Part shown: in pieces, positions 1 to 9,006 of the stretch | How positions within the stretch are numbered: position 1 is the stretch's first letter | How the letters are laid out: every line of letters begins with the position of its first letter | Assembly: GCA_016182185.1 (NCBI GenBank) | Contig: JACOXU010000003.1 | Span: forward strand, 123,881-187,880 | Length of the DNA stretch: 64,000 bases | Reading direction: 5' to 3' | DNA from: Candidatus Levyibacteriota bacterium | GTDB lineage: Bacteria; Patescibacteriota; Microgenomatia; Levybacterales; UBA12049 | Program-made: the position numbers and the translations under genes | Notes under the pieces: generated by a model | Told to the model about the DNA's origin: nothing | Database searches by the model: none | The model's input: the letters and a program-made list of their open reading frames with translations, nothing else

Positions 1-151
1 AATTACTCAGGAAATGAAAGACAAAGCATCAAATAAACTTGCCTCTCTGGTAAACAATTCATCACCGACAAATATTATTCCTGATATGTTTTATCCCCGT
101 CTTGCGGAACATATTGCCAATTCCATTCTTACGAACTAAAATTAACAAACC

Positions 152-1453
152 ATGGATAACTCAAATATTTATCAAAAAGCAAAACAGGACCTGCTCGAAG
201 TTGGGAAAAAATACAATATTTCCGAAGATAAGTTAGAGGAATTTTTGGTACCTGACAAGGTTCTTGAAGTTAAACTTCCTTTAAATCTAGGATCTGAAAT
301 TATCGTATTTAAAGGATACAGAATTCAGCACAACAACAAACTCGGACCATATAAGGGTGGACTAAGATTTCATCCTCAAGTAAGTCGTGATGAAACAATG
401 GCTCTATCTTTATGGATGAGCCTAAAGGCAGCGGTTGCGGGAATTCCTTTTGGCGGTGCAAAAGGAGGAGTAACTGTTGATCCAAAAGTCCTCACAGAAA
501 AACAACTTGAAGAACTCTCAAGAGAATATGTAAGAAAAGTTTTTGATATTTTAGGACCCGACAAAGATATTCCGGCTCCGGATATTAATACCAATCCTAA
601 GATAATCGACTGGATGGTTGATGAGTACGTTAAGCTAAGTCAAAAAGCAACCCATTCGGCAGGCTCAGGGCAAGATGTCAAAAGTCAAAAGTCACAACCC
701 TATGCTGCTTTTACGGGCAAGAAAGCTCATGGTTTATCAGCTCGTATCGAATCTACAGGGTTTGGCGGTGTAATTGTTCTTGAAAAGCTTATTGAAAAAT
801 TAAATTTAAACCCTAAAGAACTTCAAGTCGCAGTTATGGGTTTTGGGAATGTCGGGTATCATTTTGCCGATTTTGCGAGTAAAAAGGGGTATAAAATAGT
901 CGCAGTTTCAGATTCAAAAGGAGGAATTGTTAAGAAAAATAAAGATAAATTTATTCCGCTTGACATTCCCCTCGTCAATGAATGCAAGCAAGAAAAAGGA
1001 AGCTTGGCCGGATGCTACTGTGCAGGCGGAGTCTGCGATACAAGAGGCGGGCAAATGATAACAAATGAAGAACTTCTGGAACTTCCGGTTGATATTCTTG
1101 TTCCGGCGGCTCTTGAGAATGTCATAAATGAAAATAATATGCAAAATATAAAAGCCAAAATAATCATTGAAATGGCCAATGGTCCAGTATCGCCTAAGGC
1201 ATATCATTATCTGGTTAATAAAGGGGTAATTATAGTTTCTGATATTCTGGCAAATTCAGGCGGAATTGTCGGATCGTATCTTGAATGGGAACAGAATTTT
1301 AAAAATATGAAATTTTCCCAAAAAGAAGCGCTTGCCAAAATTCAATCTATTCTTGAAAAATCTTTCGACAATGTCTGGAATCTTGCCAAGAAAAACAAAA
1401 CAAATCTGGTCGAAGCCTCATACCTCCTCGCCCTCGAGAAACTAATTAAATAA
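152..1453 (+). CDS. gdhA: Glu/Leu/Phe/Val dehydrogenase family protein (likely glutamate dehydrogenase)
   Basis: 433 aa; GGAKGG glycine-rich motif and K-containing catalytic region (GPYKGGLRFHP), C-terminal NAD(P) Rossmann GFGNVG; full-length. Confidence 0.8.
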   Translation: MDNSNIYQKAKQDLLEVGKKYNISEDKLEEFLVPDKVLEVKLPLNLGSEIIVFKGYRIQHNNKLGPYKGGLRFHPQVSRDETMALSLWMSLKAAVAGIPFGGAKGGVTVDPKVLTEKQLEELSREYVRKVFDILGPDKDIPAPDINTNPKIIDWMVDEYVKLSQKATHSAGSGQDVKSQKSQPYAAFTGKKAHGLSARIESTGFGGVIVLEKLIEKLNLNPKELQVAVMGFGNVGYHFADFASKKGYKIVAVSDSKGGIVKKNKDKFIPLDIPLVNECKQEKGSLAGCYCAGGVCDTRGGQMITNEELLELPVDILVPAALENVINENNMQNIKAKIIIEMANGPVSPKAYHYLVNKGVIIVSDILANSGGIVGSYLEWEQNFKNMKFSQKEALAKIQSILEKSFDNVWNLAKKNKTNLVEASYLLALEKLIK

Positions 1454-1461
1454 TTTGCGAT

Positions 1462-2058
1462 TTATTTTATTTCTCTTAAGGATATCAACGGTCTAACGCT
1501 GGAGTAATTTCTTGAATAGCGATTTTTTACGAATTTAATTTCTTCGTCTCCACCCTTACCGTCTGTATAAACCAAAACTGCTGCAGTTTCTTTGTCAAGC
1601 GGAATTTCTACGACTAGCTTCTCTTCAAATTCTTGATCTACTTGATCTTTCACTTGTTGAAAAGACACCCTCTCTGCTCCTAATACATAAATTTTAAATT
1701 CCGGTAATCTAGGATTTTCAATTCCTTGATCACTAACAACCTCAACTGCCGCTGCTAAAGCTAAGCTATCAAGCTCAAACCCCTCTAGCCCAATAACCGC
1801 AATGTCGTATGCTTTAGTCCATGCCTGACTACGATTCATTTTAGTTGTTTGAGAAGCTGCAACATTCCAAGCTCTTCCAAACGCACCCCTCCAACTTCCT
1901 TTTTCTTTAAATGGTCTTGCCTTATCAAAAACTTCCTGCGCTAGTTCTGTGATTTGCGGAATTAATTTATTTACTTCTTCGGGGGTTTTTGTAATATCCC
2001 AACCAATTTTTCTTTTTTCCCTAAACAATGATAAAGCTTGGACAAGATTTTGTTGCAC
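1462..2058 (-). CDS. hypothetical protein (non-ATG start, preceded in-frame by a 26-codon ORF ending in TAA)
   Basis: 198 aa ORF; no recognisable motifs; short upstream in-frame ORF repeats the QAWTK motif. Confidence 0.35.
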   Translation of the reverse strand: MQQNLVQALSLFREKRKIGWDITKTPEEVNKLIPQITELAQEVFDKARPFKEKGSWRGAFGRAWNVAASQTTKMNRSQAWTKAYDIAVIGLEGFELDSLALAAAVEVVSDQGIENPRLPEFKIYVLGAERVSFQQVKDQVDQEFEEKLVVEIPLDKETAAVLVYTDGKGGDEEIKFVKNRYSRNYSSVRPLISLREIK

Positions 2059-2216
2059 TTAGTCAGGAAGCATACCAAACACCATCGGCAAGTCTTTTGT
2101 CCATGCTTGTTCTCGTCCCGTTTCTGCGCGTTTCGTCATATTGCTTTGGAATATAGCACCAAAGAAACATTGTGTCAATCATAGAAATTAGGAATTAGAA
2201 ATTAGAAATTCTCAGG

Positions 2217-3338
2217 TTAGGGTTTGGGGAGAATGGATTGGCCTGAGATAAGGCGAATAATATCAGAAAGAGTTATAAAAGCAATAAGTGCTAGAAGTAT
2301 TGCCATCCCTATTGCATGAGCATAGGCTTCATATTTCTGAGGAACTTTTCTGCCTGTTACTCCCTCTATAAGAATAAAAAACAGTCTTCCGCCGTCAAGT
2401 GCCGGAATAGGCAGAATATTTAAGATTGCAAGATTTAAAGAAAGAAGTGAAACCAAAGACAGAACTGCCAAGGGGCCGAATTGAATAAACTGCCCTGTAA
2501 GTTGCGCTATGCCTACAGGTCCTGCGACGCCTTTGGGAATTTGCGCATGAAACAAGAGCTGGGAGAATACCATACCAAGCCCTGCAATAATAGCCCATGA
2601 CTGCTTAAATGCTTCCATAAGCCCAATAAGCGGAGCCTGATAAAGAGGATATTTTTTCGTTACTATATTTGAGGATATAGAAATTCCCATGGGTCCTTCG
2701 TTGGTGGGATAATTTTTTCGGGGAACCAATGTTATATCTTTTTCTTCCCCTGATTCTTTTTGAACATGAAGTGCTATTTTTTCTCCCAAATGGCTTTTGG
2801 TAACTGAAACAAGTGTTTTGGGACTTGTGATTTGTATGCCATTAATTGTCTCAATAATATCTCCGCTTTTAAGCCCCGACTTATCAGCCGGAGAATTTTT
2901 GACAATTTGACTCACGATCACTTTGTCCCCCGGAGCTTGGACACCGGCAACTCCAAAAAAGTAGGTTATTATAACAACTGCCAGCAAAAAATTCATTACA
3001 ACCCCTGCAACGACCACCAATGCTCTTTGCCAGACTGGCCGGGCAAAAAAAGCCCGATCTTTATCTACAGCCTTTGATTCTTTTTCAGTGAAACCGCGTT
3101 TGACGCGGCCTGCTCCTGCCTCATCTTCTCCATAAAGCTTTACAAATCCACCTATGGGTAGTAAATTAATCGAATAAATTGTTTCTCCCCTTTTGATTCC
3201 AAAAATTCTTGGCGGAAGTCCAAATCCGAATTCTTCAACTTTAATCCCCAATTTTTTTGCCACAAAAAAATGCCCCGCCTCATGAACAAGAACCAAAACA
3301 CTAAGTATTAATAAAAAAACTAAAACTGTAATGATCAT
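2217..3338 (-). CDS. rseP: RIP site-2 zinc metalloprotease RseP (M50 family with PDZ domain)
   Basis: 373 aa; N-terminal HEAGH zinc motif (VHEAGHFFVAKKLG), central PDZ-like segment, C-terminal LDGG motif and multiple TM helices. Confidence 0.8.
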   Translation of the reverse strand: MIITVLVFLLILSVLVLVHEAGHFFVAKKLGIKVEEFGFGLPPRIFGIKRGETIYSINLLPIGGFVKLYGEDEAGAGRVKRGFTEKESKAVDKDRAFFARPVWQRALVVVAGVVMNFLLAVVIITYFFGVAGVQAPGDKVIVSQIVKNSPADKSGLKSGDIIETINGIQITSPKTLVSVTKSHLGEKIALHVQKESGEEKDITLVPRKNYPTNEGPMGISISSNIVTKKYPLYQAPLIGLMEAFKQSWAIIAGLGMVFSQLLFHAQIPKGVAGPVGIAQLTGQFIQFGPLAVLSLVSLLSLNLAILNILPIPALDGGRLFFILIEGVTGRKVPQKYEAYAHAIGMAILLALIAFITLSDIIRLISGQSILPKP

Positions 3339-3466
3339 AATGATAAATTTCTAATTATTCTAATTTCTAATTGATCTAAACAAATTCCAATTTCAAAATT
3401 TCCCAAATAAAACTTTATGCTTGTAATTTTTTAGAAATTAGGTTAATTAGATCAATTAGGTCAATT
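3339..3466. repeat. intergenic AT-rich degenerate tandem repeat array (AATTAGRAATT family)
   Basis: CTAATTTCTAATTGATCTAA ... TTAGAAATTAGGTTAATTAGATCAATTAGGTCAATT. Confidence 0.5.
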
Positions 3467-4021
3467 TTATATTTGCAGGAGCTCTTCTTCCTTCTTTTTT
3501 CCCAGTCCTTCAATATCCACCATCAACTCATCCGTAAGTTTTTGCACTTCTTTCTCATGCCTTGCCATCTCATCTTCTGAAATTTCTTTATCGGCATGTT
3601 GCTTCTTGACATGGACCATTGCCTCATGTCTTATTTGACGCACCATAATTCTGGCATTTTCAAGTTTTTGGTGCATAAGATGAATCAGCTCTTTTCTTCT
3701 CTCCTCGGAAAGCTGAGGAATTGTAATTCTTATAACTTGCCCATCGTTTGCAGGATTAAGGCCTAAATTTGCCTCAAGAATTCCTTTCTGAATCTCTCCA
3801 ATAATAGAAGCGTCAAACGGGGTAATCATCAAAGTTTGTGAATCAGATGTGGTGATTGTAGCAAGCTCCATGAGTTTAAGCTTTTGAGTTCCGCCATAAA
3901 CTGAAAGGACGATATTTTCTACGAGGGACGGGGCTGCGCGTCCAGTTCTGACTGTGGCAAGGTCAGACCTTAAAAGATCAAGAACTTTCTGCATTCTTAA
4001 TCTTACTTTTTCTAAATTCAT
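3467..4021 (-). CDS. frr: ribosome recycling factor
   Basis: 184 aa; typical RRF sequence (RTGRA..., VRQIRH...), conserved position downstream of tsf. Confidence 0.9.
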   Translation of the reverse strand: MNLEKVRLRMQKVLDLLRSDLATVRTGRAAPSLVENIVLSVYGGTQKLKLMELATITTSDSQTLMITPFDASIIGEIQKGILEANLGLNPANDGQVIRITIPQLSEERRKELIHLMHQKLENARIMVRQIRHEAMVHVKKQHADKEISEDEMARHEKEVQKLTDELMVDIEGLGKKKEEELLQI

Positions 4022-4033
4022 CTGTACTTTTTA

Positions 4034-4258
4034 TTATACACTATTATGATTTGTCGGAAACGAAGCGGCTACTTCTTCTAAAACCTCCATTTTCCTAGCA
4101 TAGAAGAGGTTTATTTCTTTTCTGTTATTCTGTCTCACTGCAGTCCGAATGCCAGCTTCGTAGTATCCTGCGTGAGCCAACAGGTCTATTCTCCTGGCTT
4201 CTTCTGGTGTTCGAGGGTCAGATGATATTATATTCCCTTCTGATTCAGATTTATTCAT
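4034..4258 (-). CDS. hypothetical small protein occupying the position where pyrH normally lies
   Basis: 74 aa ORF between tsf and frr; no similarity to UMP kinase; may be spurious. Confidence 0.2.
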   Translation of the reverse strand: MNKSESEGNIISSDPRTPEEARRIDLLAHAGYYEAGIRTAVRQNNRKEINLFYARKMEVLEEVAASFPTNHNSV

Positions 4259-4269
4259 ATTATTTAACT

Positions 4270-4725
4270 CTAAAGTGAGAATCTGGTAATTTTTTTAACT
4301 ACAATATTTTCTCCAAGTTTCCCGATTGCCTGCTTTATTAAATCTGAAATCGTAATTGAGGAATCTCGGATATACTCCTGCTTAAGAAGTGAGTTGACAT
4401 CCTTGGGATCCATAGCCGCAACCTGCATTGCAATCTCATGAGCGAGTTTTTTGAACTCATCCGTTCTTGCCACAAAATCTGTTTCGCAAAGAATCTCGAT
4501 GAGTGCTCCCACCTTTCCGTTTTGATGTATGTAAGCCTCGACTAGTCCTTGTGAAGTTTCACGATCTTTCTTTTTTTCTGCCTTCTCTTTACTTCTTTTT
4601 TGAATGAAGGCAAGTGCCTTTTTATAATCGTTATTTGACTCCTCAAGAGCAATCCTGCAATCAGAAATTGAAGCCGAAGTTTCATCACGAAGTTTTTTAA
4701 GAAGCTTTATGTCTGCTGATATCAT
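4270..4725 (-). CDS. tsf: elongation factor Ts (short form)
   Basis: 151 aa; N-terminal UBA-like ISADIKLLKKLRDETSASISDCRIALEE motif; adjacent to rpsB with start/stop overlap. Confidence 0.75.
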   Translation of the reverse strand: MISADIKLLKKLRDETSASISDCRIALEESNNDYKKALAFIQKRSKEKAEKKKDRETSQGLVEAYIHQNGKVGALIEILCETDFVARTDEFKKLAHEIAMQVAAMDPKDVNSLLKQEYIRDSSITISDLIKQAIGKLGENIVVKKITRFSL

Positions 4726-5585
4726 TATTTTTTCTCCTTATTTTTTGGAACCTTTTCTTTTTTGACTGTTATTTTTTTTGCGCCTTCTTTCTTCTTCTCT
4801 GATTTTTCAGAACCTTCTTCTTTGATCTGGGTTTTCTCTTTTTTTTCTGTTTCTTTTTTCTCTTCTTTCTTCGCCTTTTGCTTTCCCTCTATCCATGCAT
4901 CAATTATATAATGAGTGATCAATTTTATTGAACCGGTAGCATCATCATTGGCCGGAATTGGATAGTCGATAATTTCAGGATTCGCATTCGTATCTACGAT
5001 ACCGACTGTTTTCACATTTTCCTTAAGCGCCTCTCTAACTACCAAATCTTCAAGATGCGTATCGATAATAAAAAGTAGATCAGGCTTCTGTATCAAGTTA
5101 TAAATTCCTCCGTATAACGTTTCGAGTTTTTGCTTTTCTTTAAACCAGAGTCCTATTTCTTTTTTCGTGTATTTTGCTTTTTCCTCTTCGTCCCCAAGAC
5201 GTTTTGTTAAATCCTTAAGTTTTTCAAAGTTTTTAGAAACTTCGGAAAAATTTGTAAGAATTCCTCCTATCCATCGGTTGGTTACAGAAAAGATTCCAGA
5301 TGTCTCTCCCCCGATCTGCTGGACGGCTCTTTTTACTTCTTCATCAACAATCCCGCGGGCTTGTCTTTTGGTTCCTACAACTATCAAAACTTTGTTTTGA
5401 GAAGCTTGATCTCGGATAAATACTAAGGCGTTTTCTAATCCTTCCTTGGTTTTGGCCAGATCTATGATGTGGATATTATCGCGGGCTTCAAAAATGTAGT
5501 CTCGTGCTTTTGGATTTCCGCGCGTTACTTGGTGTCCAAAATGGCAACCGGCCTCAAGAAGCTCTTCAAGTGTAATCTCTTTCAT
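4725..5585 (-). CDS. rpsB: 30S ribosomal protein S2 with K/E-rich C-terminal extension
   Basis: 286 aa; canonical S2 N-terminus (LLEAGCHFGHQVTRGNPK), about 50 aa lysine/glutamate-rich tail; GGAGGA SD upstream. Confidence 0.9.
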   Translation of the reverse strand: MKEITLEELLEAGCHFGHQVTRGNPKARDYIFEARDNIHIIDLAKTKEGLENALVFIRDQASQNKVLIVVGTKRQARGIVDEEVKRAVQQIGGETSGIFSVTNRWIGGILTNFSEVSKNFEKLKDLTKRLGDEEEKAKYTKKEIGLWFKEKQKLETLYGGIYNLIQKPDLLFIIDTHLEDLVVREALKENVKTVGIVDTNANPEIIDYPIPANDDATGSIKLITHYIIDAWIEGKQKAKKEEKKETEKKEKTQIKEEGSEKSEKKKEGAKKITVKKEKVPKNKEKK

Positions 5586-5747
5586 ATGTCCTTATATCCT
5601 CCGCTTGGTTTGGTTTTGAAAACCAGAACATTTAATTCAAGCGTGTGTGATAGCAGTAAATATATCAAATTTCCTGCCAAAAAACAACACTCAAAATAGA
5701 ATTTCAATTGACAGTAAAGGTCATAAATAAGTATCATAAAATAATAG

Positions 5748-6671
5748 ATGAAGCCTTCGAAAAATCATTTTAGTTTTTATATATACATCATTTTTGGAAT
5801 GATGGTAATCGGTGCATCCACTTTGGTAGGCGGATTTTTCCCCGAGAAAAAAAGCACATCTTCGGACTTCTATCAAATAGATAATTCCAAACTTCCTCAA
5901 AATAGTTCAACAAATTCGGTAATTCAGCTCCATGCATTAAAATTTAAAAAAAATTTTGAAAGTATCACGCCTATTCTTTCTCCTTCATCCTCTCCAACAA
6001 ATCCCACAGTCATTCCTACTGCCATTCCAGTTTCTTGCACTGAAAGTCTCACACTGGATCTTTTACTTGATAAATCAGGTTCTATGGACAGTCTAACCCC
6101 AAGCGGGGTCTCAAAAATAAGAAGATTAAAAGAAGCAGTCCTGTTTCTCTCAAGCAAGCTTGGACCTAACACGATTATTGGAGTTCAATCTTTTAATAAA
6201 CGTGATTGTAATGTTTTCGAAAAATGTCCTTATGGAATAAAAGAAGATATACCTATTTCATATTATAAAGATGTCTCAAGTATTTTTTCTTCAAAAATAA
6301 ATGGTTTGGTAATTGGAGGTTCTACGCCTACTAACGACGGGCTGGTTTTTTCGCTGGGCAAACTAAGAGAAGCTCAAACAAAGTTTCCAGATAGAAAATT
6401 TAAATTTATTCTAATTTCAGATGGACAACCTGTTCCCTCTTCTCAGGATCCATATGTAAATAATCCAAATCCAGTTACTGAAATTAAGAATTTAGGGATT
6501 GAGATCTACACAATTGCTATTTATGATTCCACTCAAGCTAACACTCCTAATTCGCCTCTAAAAAGACTTATGCAGAAAATTGCCTCAAGTCCTGGAAATT
6601 TTTATGAAGCAGATACTGCAGATCAATTAAAAAATTTAATGGATGACATCTTTAAAAAAACTTGTACGTAG
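5748..6671 (+). CDS. membrane-anchored von Willebrand factor A (vWA) domain protein
   Basis: 307 aa; N-terminal TM helix ending in GGFFP, Ser/Pro linker, MIDAS motif DKSGSMD, conserved C-terminal SSPGNFYEA...C tail shared with 8101..9000. Confidence 0.65.
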   Translation: MKPSKNHFSFYIYIIFGMMVIGASTLVGGFFPEKKSTSSDFYQIDNSKLPQNSSTNSVIQLHALKFKKNFESITPILSPSSSPTNPTVIPTAIPVSCTESLTLDLLLDKSGSMDSLTPSGVSKIRRLKEAVLFLSSKLGPNTIIGVQSFNKRDCNVFEKCPYGIKEDIPISYYKDVSSIFSSKINGLVIGGSTPTNDGLVFSLGKLREAQTKFPDRKFKFILISDGQPVPSSQDPYVNNPNPVTEIKNLGIEIYTIAIYDSTQANTPNSPLKRLMQKIASSPGNFYEADTADQLKNLMDDIFKKTCT

Positions 6672-6711
6672 CTTGATTGACAAACCCAGAAAGCAACTGT
6701 AGGATTTAATT

Positions 6712-8085
6712 GTGGTTAAATTTAAAAAAAGCAAAGAGAAATTTTTATTTGGAAAAAGCTCAATTGGCATTTTACTTGTTCTTCTTATTGTTGCTTTCGG
6801 ACTTCTATTTTCAGGAATTTTATCTAAAAGAAAATTTCAGCAAAGCCCCATCACAGGAAACGTTTCAAGCTACTGCTGCGATACTGGAAGCGGTGACAAC
6901 TGCCAACCTCAAACAGGTCCGGGACAAAAACTTACTTTCCGAGGCGCTGAGTATGGACTGCTACGGACAAATACTATTCTTGCCGAGGGAAATGTTCATC
7001 TTAAAGATTCTGGTGAGAACCTCGATGGCAAACCTATCATATTAAACTCATCTGATACGCACATCATTCCGGATCAATTTGCCACTGCAGATTGCAGAAC
7101 CGAGCCTAAGGATAAATATTTAAAGGCTATTCCTCCGCCCCCAATTGTCGTCGGCACTCCGCAATCTGTACCTTATTGCACTTCAATTCCCAACGATGAA
7201 ATTATATTCGTCTGTAAGAAAAATTGCCATCCGGCAACATGTTCGCCGATTTGGGGTTCTGAGGTTACATGTTATGGGGATAAAGATTCTGAATATGACG
7301 CGTATTTCAGACTTTCGGATGTCTCTTCTCCCGGAATTCCTGATTTTATTAAAAATTGTGATGCATCAACCCTCCCAACCGGAACGTCCTCAACTGGTAA
7401 ACAAGTAATAGTAACTCCTACAGGACAAGATGCCAAAAAAAATCTACAGCTTGAAACCTTTAAAATAAAACTTGAGACTCCTCTTATTCCCTGGCTGTCT
7501 CCCTTTTGTAAACCTGCAATTTATTTGTACCCTGAAGAAGAAACAAACGTTCACGTGGGTATTGCACCAAAAGGAAAACTTTCCTACACGATTCCGCCTT
7601 ATCCCTTAAATGGCTGGAAGGTAACGGCAAGACCTGACGGAATGATTACCTATAATCAAGGACAATACGATTATCTTTATTACGAGGCGGAAATTCCAGA
7701 CTCTGAGATTAAAAAACCAACCGAAGGATTTATTGTAGGAATGAATAAAATTAAACCATTTCTCGAAAGCCTATTACCCAAATTGTCACTGAATGAAAAA
7801 GAATCCGAACAATTTGTAGATTACTGGGTTTCAGTACTGCCGGACTCCCCCTACTACTTCATCGGGGTTATCTCAAGAAAGACTTTGGATTCAATCGCTC
7901 CTCTTTCTTTTTCTCCAAAACCGGATACTATTATAAGAGTTACGCTCTACTTTGAGGCGCTTGGAAAAACAATAGACGTTAAAGAACCAATAATTAATCC
8001 CATCAAAAGGCAAGGGTTTACGGTTGTTGAATGGGGAGGAATTTTCAAGAAAGACATAAACCATAATTTTTCCTGTTTTGAGTAA
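6712..8085 (+). CDS. membrane-anchored Cys-rich extracellular protein with C-terminal LNEKES domain
   Basis: 457 aa; N-terminal TM, many Cys pairs, C-terminal about 250 aa homologous to C-terminus of 24403..26610 (YLY..E, LNEKES, RxGFTxVE motifs). Confidence 0.5.
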   Translation: MVKFKKSKEKFLFGKSSIGILLVLLIVAFGLLFSGILSKRKFQQSPITGNVSSYCCDTGSGDNCQPQTGPGQKLTFRGAEYGLLRTNTILAEGNVHLKDSGENLDGKPIILNSSDTHIIPDQFATADCRTEPKDKYLKAIPPPPIVVGTPQSVPYCTSIPNDEIIFVCKKNCHPATCSPIWGSEVTCYGDKDSEYDAYFRLSDVSSPGIPDFIKNCDASTLPTGTSSTGKQVIVTPTGQDAKKNLQLETFKIKLETPLIPWLSPFCKPAIYLYPEEETNVHVGIAPKGKLSYTIPPYPLNGWKVTARPDGMITYNQGQYDYLYYEAEIPDSEIKKPTEGFIVGMNKIKPFLESLLPKLSLNEKESEQFVDYWVSVLPDSPYYFIGVISRKTLDSIAPLSFSPKPDTIIRVTLYFEALGKTIDVKEPIINPIKRQGFTVVEWGGIFKKDINHNFSCFE

Positions 8086-8100
8086 AACATATTATAATAA

Positions 8101-9000
8101 ATGATTAAGAACCTGTCTAAAATTCTTAAAAATTCCCGCGGCGGCGCGGAGATTCTTATCCTGGTGATAATAATTCTCGGCAGTGTGCTTCTGACAGGAG
8201 GATTTTTCCCAAAAATTATTCCCCCTGATCCTAATGCTCCCAGATATACTGAAATTTCTGAAATTCAACCGGACAGTCAAAAAACGCTTCAGCTTAAAAC
8301 GATAAAATTTAAAGGTTGCACTTCAATTGTTGCGGTTGATTTCTTGGTAGACAGATCCGGTTCCATGAGATACGGCACGAAACTTGATAATTTGAAAAAT
8401 GCATTAAATGTTTTTGCCGGCAGTTTCCCTGAGGATGGAATAATTGGCATGCAGTCATATAGCGAGCCATCGTTTGGACCAACCGCTGATGTTCCGATTG
8501 ATTATTTTAAAAACGTAAAATCTCAATTTTTATCCGCTGTTTCCAGCTTATTTCCAAATGGCGGAACTTATTCAAAAGACGCATTTTCTTTTACAAAACC
8601 ATTACTTGATTCTGCCAGGGCCAAATTCCCCGATCATAAATTTTCCTTGATTTTTATATCAGATGGGGTGCCGGAGACATGGGAAGGAACGCGAAGATTG
8701 TGTCCCGACGGACCCGCAACTGCAGATCAAAGATATTGCGGACCAAAACCCGATAATCCAACTCAATGCAGATGTTTTGATACGAACCAGGATCCAACAT
8801 CAGTTGCCAATGAAATAAAACTCTCAGGTGTCAGAATTTTCACCATCGGTTATATCCATGACGAGGACCTTAAATTTCAAGATGATTTAAGAACGCTGAT
8901 GACCAACACTGCATCCTCTCCAACTGACTTCTATGAAGCGCCAATCGATAATCAGCTTACAGATATTCTCTCCCAAATCTCCCAAAAACTCTGTAATTAA
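8101..9000 (+). CDS. membrane-anchored vWA domain protein (paralog of 5748..6671)
   Basis: 299 aa; TM ending in GGFFP, MIDAS DRSGSM, Cys-rich insert, C-terminal SSPTDFYEA...C tail. Confidence 0.65.
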   Translation: MIKNLSKILKNSRGGAEILILVIIILGSVLLTGGFFPKIIPPDPNAPRYTEISEIQPDSQKTLQLKTIKFKGCTSIVAVDFLVDRSGSMRYGTKLDNLKNALNVFAGSFPEDGIIGMQSYSEPSFGPTADVPIDYFKNVKSQFLSAVSSLFPNGGTYSKDAFSFTKPLLDSARAKFPDHKFSLIFISDGVPETWEGTRRLCPDGPATADQRYCGPKPDNPTQCRCFDTNQDPTSVANEIKLSGVRIFTIGYIHDEDLKFQDDLRTLMTNTASSPTDFYEAPIDNQLTDILSQISQKLCN

Positions 9001-9006
9001 GTAGTT

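Noticed and set aside
4034-4258. 74-aa ORF as a degenerate pyrH
   Set aside because: It is far too short and has no kinase motifs. It is kept only as a low-confidence hypothetical.
5167-5699. ORFs 5167..5400 and 5469..5699 (plus strand)
   Set aside because: They are antisense to or overlap rpsB and its 5-prime region, with no start context. They are likely spurious.
6710-7045. 111-aa ORF overlapping the start of 6712..8085 in another frame
   Set aside because: It is an alternative-frame artefact. The longer frame has a TM anchor and domain homology to 24403..26610.
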